NCBI GenBank assembly: GCA_030390025.1
Contig: CM059433.1
Coordinates: forward strand, 23,748,001-23,812,000
DNA from: Squalus acanthias
Lineage: Eukaryota
DNA: 64,000 nucleotides
Direction of reading: 5' to 3'
Of the stretch, positions 23,667 through 36,857 are shown in pieces. How positions within the stretch are numbered: the first letter of the stretch is position 1; each line of letters starts with the position of its first letter. Position numbers and translations under genes: made by a program. The notes beneath the pieces were generated by a model, which had not been told where the DNA came from, searched no databases, and saw nothing but the letters and a program-made list of their open reading frames with translations.

Positions 23667-25843
23667 GGCAGTTATTTTGGCCAATGGGTGAAAACAGGCG
23701 CTAAATGGGTGCTGCGCTAATAAGACAGGCCTGTTTGAAAGTTTGCATTTAGCACGCAATTTTGATCCTAATTACTGATCACCATAACTTGAACTTGCCT
23801 GGAGGGGCTAACCAGCAACCTGCAGGTTTCGCACTCAAGTGTTAATTAGATGCAATTTTTATGGAGCAGTATCTGTGGACTCCTTGCACCCACTGTCACT
23901 GAAGGTGTGGAGTGGTCTGGCTGACACACACCGGCACGTTGCAGGATGGCTCAGGGACCAACGAAGAGGGGGCACAGGTTCTCGGACGCAGCACTGGAGG
24001 TCCTGGTGGGGGAGGTCCAGAGGAGGAGGGACGTCCTGTACCCGCAGGGGGCAAGGAGGCCATCTCTGCCTCCTCGCCCTCCTGTCCCTCTCTCCTACAA
24101 CAACTGGTGCTGCTCTGCCTGGCCTCTTGTCCTCCTCCCATTCCTCAGCCATACCAAGGGGGACCCCGAGCAAGATGCCCATGACCAAGCATTCCCTTTC
24201 TCCTGGTGACTCCTATATGGTGTCCAATAAGGTGGAATAGCACAGCACTTCTTTTTAGGTGAAGTCCTCAGAGAATTTCTCGAATAAATGTTGCTAGAAT
24301 ATTGGTGAAGTCTTGACAAAGTGTCCCAGAAAGTCATAGAGACATAACGGCACAGAAGGAGGCCATTCACCCATCGAGTCCATGCCGGCTCTCTGTAGAG
24401 CAATCCAGTCAGTCCCATTCCCCCGCTCTATCCCCGTAGCCCTGCAAGTTTATTTCCCTCAAGTGCCTATCCAGTCTCCCCTTGAAAACATTGAGTGTGT
24501 CCGCTCCCACCACTTCCCTCGGCAGCGAGTTCCAGGTCCTCACCACTCACTGCGTAAAAATTTTTTCCCTCACATCCCCCCTGTATCTCTTGCCCAAAAC
24601 CCTAAATCTGTGTCCCCTAGTCCTTGTACCATCAACTAGTGGGAACAGCCTTTCCCCATCTAGCATATCCAAAACCATCATAATCTTGTACACCTCTATC
24701 AAATCACCCCTCAACCTCCTTTGCTCTAATGAAAACAAATCCAGCTTCTCCAACCTGGCCTTGTAGCTAAGATTCCCCATCCCCGGAACCATTCGGGTAA
24801 ATCTCCTCTGAACCCTCTCAAGTTCCTTCACATCCTTTCTAAAGTGTGGTGATCAGAACTGGATGCAATACTCCAGTTGTGGCCTAACCAGCACTTTATA
24901 AAGGTTCAGCATAACTTCTCTACATTTGTACTCAATACCTCTATTTATGAAGCCCAAGATCCCATATGCTTTGCTAACCACTCTCTCAATATATCCCGCC
25001 ACCTTCAGGGACCTATGCACATTAACTCCCAGGTCACTCTGTCCCTGCACACTCTTTAAAACTGTGCCATTAAGTGTATATTGCCTCTCCCTGTTCCTTC
25101 TGCCAACATGCATCACCTCATACTTCTCTGTATTAAATTCCATCTGCCACTTGTCTGCCCATTCTGCTAGCCTTTCTATGTCCTGTTGCAGTCGATTGGT
25201 ATCATCCTCACTGTTTGCCACATCCCCAAGTTTGGTGTCATCAGCAAATTTAGAAATTCTACTCTGTATTCCAATATCCAGGTCATTTATATATATCAAA
25301 AAAAGCAGTGGCCCCAGCACTGACCCTTGGGGAACACCACTGTCTACCAACCTTCAGTCTGAAAAACAGCCATTTACCACAACTCATTGTTTTCTGTCCT
25401 TAAGCCAATTCCTTATCCAAGCTGCCACTGACCCACTTATTCTATGTGGTACTTTGTCAAAGTCTCCCGATGTGTTTCAGAGGTCCTCTTCAAAGCTCCA
25501 GCAGAAAGTGAACATGAAATGGTGAGTATCCCTTTAAGTAACACTTGAAATCATCATCAATACCGCGTTTACTCCCAAACAGCTGGTCACTATTAGGAGA
25601 GCGCGTTAGGACAAGTGCTATCCATCAAAATGCCATGCAGCCTCTTTAATGAGTGCTTGCAAGGCATTTTGAGTGGCAATCACTCCAGGCGGCCGATCCT
25701 AGCACAAGGGCAAGCTTCAACTCCTTTACCAAGGTGGTGCCTTGCGCTAAACAGGGGCTGAACCGGCGTTTCAGCTTAAGACCCCATTTTGGCCGCTCCG
25801 GAGTTTCTTTAGCGCCTAAAGTATCCGGGGAAAATCATCCCCC
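23667..25843. mobile_element. Internally deleted Harbinger element (Myb 5' end on +, probable transposase 5' end on -) carrying a CR1 insertion
   Basis: ATG at 23946 gives MAQGPTKRGHRFSDAALEVLVGEVQRRRDVLYPQG (Myb/SANT start). The degenerate TIRs share ATTTT..CC...AGGCGCTAAA. Confidence 0.65.
24336..25458 (-). mobile_element. CR1 LINE, 5'-truncated
   Basis: SGVPQGSVLGPLLFLIYINDLD, KFADDTK and [14 protein letters not shown]. Possible 6-bp TSD AAAGTC at 24330-24335 and 25459-25464. Confidence 0.95.
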
Positions 25844-27510
25844 AGAAACTTATCTCACCAAGTCATCTACTCACTTTTAATCAACAACTTTATTTCTGGC
25901 TGCCAAAAGATCCAATTAAGTACTTCAGAAATTGATCTAAATCTTGCCATTTTTAGGTTTCTCCAATTTTTGACAAGTAGTCTTGTCACAATTGATAAAG
26001 GCCTTCCGGACAAACTTGCCCAATCCGTTAAATGAAAATTTGACTCTCTTGTACACATCTATTTTGCAACTAAATCCTGCTGTTGTAACTATCCTTCAGG
26101 ATGTTAACAATCCCACTTATCACCATGGTAATTACACACATCCTGATACATTCTTGATCAGAGAACTTAATGAAACTGTTTCCATTTTAACCACTCTTAA
26201 GTTAGATAGGTGCTCCTGGACTAAGAAGGAAAATTCAGCCCTAGTTCCTGTCAGAGGGAACATCCTGACTTGACTGTGGATACAAAGTTCATACATGCCA
26301 AAGCTGACAAACAACTTCAAAGAATCTGATACATACCCCCCAAAAAAATCCGACAACTCAAAAAACCACGTACTGCTGAAAAAACAGTCCCAAATAAAGG
26401 CTTATGATCAAGGTCACTGCTTTGAGGTGACTAATAGATGAAAATCCTTTTTATTACATTGAATTTCTAAATTTTTATTAGTGTTTTGGGATCACTTTTC
26501 ACAATTCAATTTATTTTTTGTGAAAACTGAAACCCAGTGGCCTCATGTATGACATATTAAAATAGGTAGTTACAATGAGAGTGTAGTGACATGAACTTGT
26601 CATGACTTAACCTGTAGCTATACCCATATTCCATGAGTGGTATTATAGAAAAAATGTGCAAGTTTGGCAGGAGATTGGAGGAACCCCCAGGGGAATGGTG
26701 TAAACCGCCAGTTTCAGACTTTGGCACTGTATCCCCAGGGGTTTCACCAATCTCCCGCCAAAGGTCTGGCAGCAGATCGGGAGAACCCCCATGGAAATCA
26801 AGACTGTGCTGTTTATTGATCGGCCATTTTACTAGACGAATCCCCTCATACAAACACTTCCCAGGTCAGAGGGAACAGTTAGGAACTTGACTGTGGATGC
26901 AAAGTTACACCAGTATTGATACACTGATCACTATTGTAGTGTTTAAAGATATATTTTGTAATTACATATGTATCTAGAAGAGGGAGTCTGGAGATAACAT
27001 TATAATTTATTTGGTATATCCCCGGAACGTTGATTATCATCAAGTTAGAACATGTTATAAGAGTGATCTGATCAGGAATAAAGACACTCAACGATCTTGT
27101 ACCAGAAATAGCTTCTCTTCAATTTTATTCAAACCTGATTTGACACACACAACACTGGCAATAAGGAGTGACAAAAGCAACTACATAGGTGAGTGAGAGA
27201 AAACCTATTTGGAATATAAGTGGTCTGTGAATTATTCACTGACATGATAGTATTAGCAGTGCCTATCCTGTCTGTGTTTGATGCAAGTTTTGACACATAC
27301 TTAGTTCCAATTCATTGACTGAAGTGGCGAGAGATGTCTGAAAGATTCAGTGATTTGGATTTAACATTACAGAAAAGAGCTGCAGTCCTCCATTATGATG
27401 AGGAAGCCAGACAAAAACATTGTGACGTTCTTGACTAACACAGGTGAAGTGATGGATATGACATTGCAAAAACAGCACTAACTGTGATTTCACATCCAAG
27501 TAAAACACTA

Positions 27511-27683
27511 TGGTCTTGGGCAGCTGCACAAAACGGGAGATAGCGAATCGGCAGCCACTTTTACACCTCACCCGATTTTCCTTTCCATTGAAGTCAAGGA
27601 AAGATAATCAGGCGGAGCATACAACAGGCTGTTGATATGTTATCGCCTAATTTGCGCTACTGCAAAAGACCAATTTCACCCCC
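27511..27683. mobile_element. Palindromic hairpin MITE
   Basis: TGGTCTT...AAGACCAATTTCACCCC with centre TTTCCATTGAAGTCAAGGAAAG. Same family as 21901-22054. Confidence 0.7.
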
Positions 27684-28719
27684 TATTTATGAAACAATCC
27701 CCTTTCATGTGCCCAACAAAATGTAGCAGAGACAATGGATCAGTTTTGTATGTGATCAAGGCAATTAAAAGTGAAGTACAAGTGAATGCCGCAATGTAGA
27801 TTGTAAATTCCAAACTCAAATGATCAAAGATTGCACTTCATGTTTGAGTTAATGTGCATTTGGGACAGCACCTGCCCTCAATGAAGTGTTGGAGCTGGTG
27901 TGGTTAATTCAGCTATTGACAAGCAAAGCAGAAGATGAGCAAAATGAGTCAACAATCACAGTCAAGTTAAATATTGATCAATGGGAGACAAAACAAGATG
28001 ACATACTAGCTTAAAGCAAGGCGTGTTTGTTCTTTTGTGCTTCAATGAGCATGAGGGACCAGCAAACAATCAATTCTATCCTCTGGGAAACTGAATGATT
28101 TCTCGTGTTCATGTTGCTTGCAAACAAACTGTGTGGCAAAGAAGCAGAGAGCTGAGATGAAACTACTGGGCAGTGAACAAAAGGGCAAAAAAAATCACTA
28201 AATTAGAAATATATCACAGCACATAACTGATAGTAGTTTCAAATCAAGAAATATCTGTTTCATGTAAAAGAGAAAACTGGAGAAATAGTGAACTGTGTGT
28301 CAAGTCAAGTTGTAACAACTGTATTGTAGATTGAAGACATACCAATGAAAATAATGATGCATTTCAGATGCACGAGAAACCTGACATGTATCCAAAACGG
28401 TCGCAAATTCAGCAGAGCAACAGTTCGGTGCGCCGGTCTGTTCCAGCCTGAGGCCGTTGGTGAGCTGCAGATGCCAAGTGGGCACCTCGCTGCAGCTCAC
28501 CGCGCGGGGAGGGCGGTCCTGGCTATATTGCCTGGCTCTCACACAGAGCTGGCCGGAAGGTGGGGTCTGGGGGGTAGGCGTCTATCCCACTACACACACG
28601 AGCACAAGTGAAGCAAATATTACAGCTTTATTTAGATTGGAAGATCGAGTTAGAAGACAAAGTGTTGGTGAAAAACTATAAACAAGGAAAGCTGTCCTCC
28701 CCATACACGCCACAAACAT

Positions 28720-29097
28720 ACCTTTATAAAACACTGGTTCGGCCTCAACTGGAGTATTGTGTCCAGTTCTGGGCACCCCACTTTAGGAAGGATGTGAAGG
28801 CCTTAGAGAGGGCGCAGAAAAGATTTACAAGAATGGTTCCAGGGATGAGGGACTTCAGTTATGTGGATAGACTGGAGAAGCTGGGGTTGTTCTCCTTAGA
28901 GCAGAGAAGGTTGAGAGGAGATTTGGCTTTCAAAAGGGAATTGGATAAGTACCCGAAGGAAAAAACATTGCAGGGTTACAGGGAAAGGGCGGGGGAGTGG
29001 GACTAGCTGAAGTGCTCTTGCAGAGAGCCGGCACAGGCTCGACAGGCCGAATGGCCTCCTTCTGTGCTGTAACCATTATATGATTCTATGATTCTAT
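28720..29097 (+). mobile_element. CR1 3' fragment with an internal deletion
   Basis: [24 protein letters not shown]...RLRGDL joined directly to AFKRELDKY, with an (ATTCTATG)n tail. Confidence 0.95.
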
Positions 29098-29743
29098 ATA
29101 AGAGGGAGGCAATATGATCATAGAGTCACAAGGAATGTGTCTCATTACTTGAAAATTAATCCTAAAGTGATTGGCACAAGGATAATGGAAATAAGGTTGA
29201 GTCAGGTGACAATGGGAAGCCAAAGAGTATAGCTCCAACAGAATGGAAAGACTCCTTTATGTCACCAGAATCCATTGATGAATAGGAAATAGCCAGCACA
29301 CCTTCAGGATCATTGGACTATTAAATGATTAGGAAATTGGGCTATCCAATATAATGCTTTGATGTATGACATTGTGACTGATAAAGAAAGGGAGATTTTC
29401 CGCTACAGAAATTTCATTTCCACTCAAATTAATGGTCAGAAAATCTTAGGCTGTGATGCAAAATCTCTTAGTATGCATTCCTGGCATAAGCCAAAGGAAC
29501 CAATCTCCGCTCTGATTCCCAAGTCAATGGGATAAAGTTTTTGCTTACAGCACTCCTAGCACAGAACTATGTGTACTGGGAGCACATATTAGGAATTCAG
29601 ACATGCTTACCCATGTTTTACCATCCATTTATTTTTCTCCACTGTGTTTGGCAGTTAAGTGTTTGGCATTGGAAGACAAAAATACTGCTCATAAACACGA
29701 GAACAAGCACAAAATGTTTTTTTTGTGTTTGTACAAACACCCT

Positions 29744-31500
29744 AGCCGGGGTTTTGCTAACCTCGGCGGGTCTGGGGCGAGTGACGTTGGTGGCGGGTCC
29801 TGACCCAGCTGCTGGCTCCAACCCGCAGTCTAAAATGACTTTCCATTGATAGGCCTTGTTAAGCCCACCCAGTGCATTTGCCGGTCCAATTAGAGGAAGC
29901 GGGTCTGGTGATGTCATTTCATGATGCGTCATCAGCCGGTTTCCTTAAAGGGACCATGGCCAACTTTATTTTGACAGTTGTGCTGTCAGTGTTCTACAGC
30001 ATTGAAGTGCTGCAAACACTGACAATCACTGCACAGAGGTGCAGGGCTGCACCCAGGCTCTCCCATGACTCCCTCCATATGCTTATAGAGGGAATCAGAG
30101 CATGCAGGGAGTTCCTCTTCCCTTCCCATGGGTGGAAGACACCTCCCCAGATGACCAACACAGCCTGGTTGCACATTGCACAGGAGGGCACAAGGAGGGA
30201 TGTGGTCAGGAGGACCTGGCTGCAGTGGCGCAAACCTTTCAATGATCTCATTAGATCACGAAACGTTAGTACAAAGCCACACTCAACCTCATCCTGCTAT
30301 GCCAGTCATCAAATCCCCATCACTCTGCCTTCCCTACCCTACCCCTGCACATCCTTACTCATACCAACTTACCTTGCACCTCCACCCATCCCTCTCTATC
30401 TACATTATCACTTCCCCATCTCACTAGCCACCCCTCACACTCACTCTCATCCGAGTGCAATCATACCAACTAACAACACACAAGGGTAGGCACTTGGGTC
30501 TTTTATCCAATGTTCATGTAAAGTTTCTGTTAATGTGGTGTCAAACATTGAAACCTTTATTTTCAACACTTTGCATTCTTGGATAGATTTGTGTGCACCT
30601 TTGGATGTGGCTTAGTGAGTTGCAGTGAATGGTGAGACATAACGGTACATAAGTGTGAAAGGAATGGCTTGGACATTGTAGGGATGCTTTATGGTGTTGG
30701 TGTGGGGTGGTGCCAACCTGGCGCATCATGTGGCAGCCAGGGGGGACAACGTCAAGTGAAGTAAATCTGGCCATGGCATGTCCATCCCTGGCCTCCCGGG
30801 CAGCAATGTTCTCAGGTGCTGATGCCCTGTGTCCTGTGCAGCATCAGGTGATTGCGGAGAAGGTTGGTCTTGTTGTTGGTGCTGCTGGTGTGCCTGGTGC
30901 TGCTGGTGTTGGGGCTGATCATGGTCGGATTCTGAAGACCAAGGTGAGACAGTATAAAGGGCACCGATGTTGATGGAATAGATGGTAGGTGAAGTAGAGA
31001 TGACAGAAGCATTCTGTCAATGGTGAGAGAGTTCTTCCAATGAGGTAAGAGTGGATAGAGAGTGGAAAGTGGAAAGCCTGCAGAATCTGTGCTGAAAATG
31101 GACTGAGATACAGCTTGTGGCTGAGGAAAGTGATGATCTATCAGGTGATGCTTTTACTGTACATTTGAAGCTGTCAAGTAATCAGCTGGAGCAATGGCCA
31201 CTGAACTCCCGCCTCAGGTTGACAGCTGTGGTCCCCAAACAGTGTGGTTCCCGTGGCCATGAAGTTAAAGTGAACAGGTAAGTTAAAGAAGCCTGTTAAT
31301 GATCTGTTAATAACGTTATAATGAGTTTAATTGGGTCCCCCGCTGCCTGTCGGGTCTGCTCAGCGCTGACAGACCGATATTGGGAATGGTACGTGGCGGC
31401 GGTTTGACAGCGGGGTCCCGACCCGCTGTCAAAAAAATCCATTTTCCCACCTGACCCGCCACCGATCCCGCCTGCTGACCCCCTGAGAAATTCCGGCCCC
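29744..31500 (+). mobile_element. Non-autonomous Harbinger element with a Myb/SANT remnant
   Basis: About 30035-30262 encodes RAAPRLSHDSLHMLIEG..REFLFP..AWLHIAQ..RRTWLQWRKPFNDL. The imperfect TIRs are GCCGGGGTTT..GGTGGCGGGTC / GACCCGCCACC..AAATTCCGGCCCC. Confidence 0.75.
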
Positions 31501-32104
31501 ATATGAGAGCACAATATTACATGCAATTTAAAACTTTGAACAGTGTGTTTATACTGAGAGTTGAAAGAGTTTCCACTTCATAGAATGCAAAACCTTCAGT
31601 GTAAGTCCCGAGTCAGGACCCATAGGAATCTTCGCGCACCATTTTTTAGGTGATGTTAACCTGATGTTTAGAGAGTGGAAATTTTCCCCAATGTCTAAAC
31701 ATTTAGCGTAGAATCTCCATGGGGGTTCTTCCGATCTGCAGTGGAAATTCAAGCCCTTGAATTTTAACTGTTGGCAAAGAAGCTCTGCGCACCCATGTAA
31801 CTACACATGCACAAAGATCTCTCCTGGGTAGGACAGTCAGAGTGACAGCCAGGCAGTTAAACAGGGTACTGCCTGGCTGGAACCCATAATGTAGCTACTG
31901 GTCTGAGACCAACAGTTGCAGTATTAACATCTATAACTTCAAAATATTCAAGCGATCCAGATGAAGTTGTCCAGGTCACAGGTTTGGGCAACGCAGTCCA
32001 TTGTCTCTCCTCTGCACAGATCGGACTTTTGCTCCTGTTGATGCTGGCTTCTTTTTATATAGTTATCCCTCATTCACAATCTGTCTAATTATCTCCCATA
32101 TATC

Positions 32105-35052
32105 AGCCTTTTAACTAATCCAGAAATGGGAACGGAGCAGGGCTGGGTGTGGGGGGGTGGGGTGGGGGTGGATAGTGGCCGACGAACGCGCAACATCGCA
32201 GGATGGGTAGGAATGTCCGATTTCAACGGGGAAGCCTCATTAGCATGTTACTTCCGGGTTTTGCATCTCTGCTGCGCGTGAACGGGCGCGACGCAGACCC
32301 GAATAACGTGATTTCCCGTCAACTGCTTAAAGACCCAGTTCAGAGATGAAACCGGGGAGGACATTTGGAGGTGAGAAAATTATGTAATACGAAGAGAAGA
32401 TAGCGATGGCAAGGAGAGGGGTGGCTACCCCTAGGTTCATGGATGCTTCCCTGGATGTTCTACTGAGTGCAGTAAGGGCGGAGAGGGAGGTCCACCTTTC
32501 CAGAAAGATAAAACCTGCTGCCACCACAAAGAAGACGTGGCTGGAGATGGTACAGGAGGAGCAGCAGGAGCATCACCGTGAGGTCGTGTATCCAGTGCCG
32601 CAAATGCTTCAATGATGTGACCAGGTCAGGAAAGGTCAGGAAATGTAAAGATGCACCTACATCCTGCAGTGCACCCTCTCTCACCCTGTCTTGTTAATCG
32701 TACTCCATTCACATCACTCCTTACACCCACTTAAGTTTCAGCAGCACCTATTGTTCCGTTTACATGCACATCCTCACTCCCCTCACAACCTCATCTCCCC
32801 CTTCCTCCCTCCACCACTGCCAGTCACCCTATCCACATGTAAAGTGATACCACCTCATTCAGCTCCCCCGATTTTCGACACATGTTCTGAAATGACACTG
32901 TCAGCATGGTCCTCAAATGCATGTCAGTGCTCTTCGTGATGCACCTGCCTGATTGCTACCCTCACCGAATACAGCACACATGCCTTACAGCCACTCATAG
33001 GTCTGCCATGCTAGCCTTGCAGGAGAAGAGAGCACAGAATACCAGGGAGACGTGAGAACCAGAGGCGGACGCCCATAGATCGTGGAGCTTTACCCAGCAG
33101 AGGAGGCGGCTTTGGAGATTAGTGGAGATGGCGAGACTGGTAGTCCATTGGCGTAAGGTGACAACATTAATCTTTCAGACCCACATCTCCTACAAGACAA
33201 AGTCATCATCAGTTGACTTCAGCACTTTATCAAATATGATCACTTGAGTCATGTGTATTTCAACATTTGTAGAATTTCATGTCTAAAGCATATCCGTCTC
33301 TCCTCTCCTCCAGGGCCATCACACAAAGGACCTGGAGCCCTGCCCGGAGATGACTAGGATTCCTCAGAGGCGCTCATTCCTGCTGAGGTTGCACCGTCAC
33401 AGGACACATGTATACCAGGCACCAGTGCAGATACTAGCGCTTCGGTGGGTCCTCTTAAGAGTTAGGTGGGATATCACTTGATGAATCGCAGTTCACCAGT
33501 GAGCACGAGCAGAGAGTGGTGACAGGGACAGCTCTGGAGAGTTTGTGTCGGAGGGCGCCGTCCTCTCCAAGCTCTGCTCAGCTGGAGAGATGCTGAACCC
33601 AGGAAGCCATCAATGAAAAGGAGAATGATAAAGGGTCAGCAACATCTGTGCGAGGTACTGGCAGTCCTGCCAGACACACTCTCCACAATGTCACTGAGGA
33701 TGGAGTTCAGCTCGAACATTTGTGGAGTGATGTCGCAGGCACTTGCGAAGATACAATCTTCCATTAGAGACTGGCCTCTTCTATGGAACTTCTATCAGGT
33801 GCAAAAATGAGTCCCAGCAGCCCAGATGGCAGCCTTGCATACTATGGCTGCCAATATTTCTACCGGCTTCCACATGCTGGCAGATAGAGTAGACATGGGC
33901 TTCCAACATGTTACTGATCTCCTCCAAGCTGCTCTCCTGCAGAGAGGCAGGAGTGATATTCCGATGGCCCAGGAGAAGGAGGATGTTGATAGGGGAGATG
34001 GAAGTCCGCACCCTTCACAAAGCGCTTACATTTCTTACCCGTTGCCACCCCCTCCACCCCGCCCTCGCCTCAGTTTGTACCCGATATGCTGCCTCCACTC
34101 CCGCTGTCCCAGTCTGCCCCTGCACAGGTGCAGGTGGAACAGTCTTTGGTGGGAACCTCACGGGCTCCAAAACCTAGAGGTCATCGGCCACGAGCATCTC
34201 GTAAGATTGAGCAAGGAACAGAGCAACCTGTCACTAACTCTGCTGAAGCCACAGGAGTGGTGGAGATAGGAAGAGAAAGGCTTTATAGTTCACTGAGGGT
34301 CCACACATGGGTGTACTTTTATAGTGGTGACTTTCACCACCACTGGTTATGCATGGTCACCAGGTCCAGCAAGTCTTCTTCTAGGAGGCTGCAGATATCT
34401 GCCACCACCTGCCGTGACAATCTGAGCCCTCGGAATCACTGCTCCTGCTCCTCCGACAGGTTAAGGAAGCTAAGTCTCTGTCGACACGTTAGATGAGTAG
34501 GACCTTCTACGACCTCCTCGCCTCTGTTGCTCCTTTCTCTGCCGGCCACCTGAAACTCCCTCCACAGCACGCCCTTGCTGTCGTTGACCTTCATTCTCCT
34601 CCTCTTCCTCAGTTCAATCAAAAGCAGCCATGATGCCACTCATCATGAGCTTCTCTCTCTGAACAACTCAATACTCTCCAAATCACTCTCTTACACTAAG
34701 TACTCTCACTAAACCGTAGTCCACAAGGAACTGAGGAAGGACGTGTGAGCACTGAACCTTTAGTCACATCCTGCCTCCTGACCTTTAACTACCCCGATAG
34801 CAATCTCGCCTCCGTTTCACTCGAGATTGAAACCCGTGCTGCAGCAATTAAATTCAATTTGGGGTCCGAATTGCATTTACGACCCCAATTTAAATGTGTT
34901 AATGAGCCTCCCACAGCGGGACACTCAGCTGCCCCGATAATCACTGCCGTCAATATGGCGGCGGGTTGGGGTCGGGTTGCGCGAATTTAACTTTTTAAAC
35001 CCCCCCCCCCACCCCGTGATCATCTTCCGCCCATCATTGGGAATTAAAATCA
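32105..35052. mobile_element. Harbinger element with a decayed multi-exon Myb gene (+) and transposase N-terminus (-), convergent and internally deleted
   Basis: At 32406: MARRGVATPRFMDASLDVLL..TWLEM, then after a frameshift QCRKCFNDVTRSGK. Acceptors lie at about 33022 (EKRAQN..) and 33313. The minus strand at 34340-34490 reads RQRLSFLNLSEEQ..GLRLSRQVVADICSLLEEDLL (HARBI1-like N-terminus). The termini are G-run/C-run inverted repeats with CGCGCAAC. Confidence 0.8.
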
Positions 35053-35060
35053 ATGTCATT

Positions 35061-35802
35061 GGCCCAAAAATTCGTGAGGGAGCCTTCGTGCGAGGGTAAG
35101 GCCTCCCCGCGATCTCTCACTGCGCGCTGGCTTTTTCAGTCCGAGCTCACACGAACTTGATGTTCTGGACAGCAGCTGTGCAGGGCTTCCGTATCCCACA
35201 GGCGTAGTTAATTCGTGCGAGCTGTGGGATCACGTGACTCAGTTAGAGCCAATGGCAGCACACCATCTTTCATTCATAGCTTTCACATAAGTGCTGTGAA
35301 AGCTATGAATCTATACCCCCCCAAAAGAACAGCTAAACCTCAATTAAGTTTTAAAAAAAACCATCACATTAATAAAATAAGTATAGTTAAATAAATTAAC
35401 CATTTTAAACAAAAAATTAAATTTTTGAAAAAATTTAAAATCTTTTAAAAAGTTATAAAAATAAACTTACCTGTCTTTAAAGTCTCTAAAGAAGATATAC
35501 CTGTTAAAAAAAATTCGAAATAATACTTAATTAACTACTTACCTTGTTAAAAGAGGGTCTTACGCCTCCTTTCTTTATGTCTAAAATGTTCCATGCTTAC
35601 CTGCGCGTTCAAAGCACTAAGTGCACTGCGTGCGCGCAGCCTGTAGCGCGCACGCGGTTCACCTAGGAACCGCCCCCTTTTGAATTCACCAAGTGTCGGT
35701 TTTCAGCGCATGCGCAGTGCATGCAGAAAACCAGCAATTGGAGACAGAATACGCGAGAGTACACAGTGCGTACTCTCGCGTAGCGGCACTAATTTTTGGG
35801 CC
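35061..35802. mobile_element. MITE with perfect 12-bp TIRs and a 3-bp ATT target duplication
   Basis: ATT-GGCCCAAAAATT ... AATTTTTGGGCC-ATT, with CpG-rich subterminal arms and an AT-rich core. Confidence 0.85.
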
Positions 35803-36857
35803 ATTGTCTCATACTTGTTTCCTTACATATAAAGACGCAATCAGCGTGGGTCTTCTCTGTCGAATTCCACCACATAGAGGATAATTGAAAGTCCTATGAA
35901 ATTCGGTCGGCCTTCTTCCATGCAGTTGTTAAAATTGAATGAACGATACTGCCTGTTTTTTCTGTAATATATTTTTTGCAAAGGAATTTTTGTACATCAC
36001 ATTTAATTGTGTAGAAAATTGTGTAGCTTGTAATCCCTGCATGCTGGTAAGAATACATCATTGCTATGTTAATTCCCTTGAAGAAGAGCTATGCTAAATA
36101 AAATGAAATTATAGATGAATGGTTCAATGTTACACATTCCGCTTTACAGAATCTGTAGATTAGAATTTAAGATTCTAAAATTCAGGCTGCATTTTCTTAG
36201 TAGTAACCGAATGATGTTATTACACTTGGCACATGCTCACATCTATCCTTTAGGCAAACAATTGTTCAATTTGGGATGACACTGAAAGAAGATGTATTCT
36301 AGTACATTGGCTTCTAGCTTGACGCAGTGAATTAAGACATCAGCCCAAAATATAGAACTTTGCTGATGTTCAAATTGTCAACTTGTCAAACTCTAGTTTG
36401 TCAATGTCAATCCTCATCCTTCAAACACCAATATTCTCTGTCCAAAAATTCCCCATTTCCTTTGAGGAGATTCTTTATTCTTCAATCAAATTATTACAAT
36501 TTTATAATGTTTTCTCACAGCTAGAACTATATCTCCTAATTGCTCAGGCATTATGAGGACGATTTCTATAAGTACTGTGAGGCAAGTAAATACACAGAAG
36601 ATGATCATTTCACCGGTCGTACTATGCTGATGTTAGGTTGGTTTACTGGCTTTCTCTCACAACTGACTGACCAACTCTGACTTCCCAGTGCCAGAAAGTC
36701 ACAAATGAACGATATTGTTTTCATTCACATCACACATAGCACAGTCAAGGTGGAAGTGTCTTTCAAAGGTCAGGACCATATAACATTGAAATCACACAAT
36801 CATATAATCAGACAGCATGGTTTATTTTAATGTATAACATATATTTGTAATATGCAC

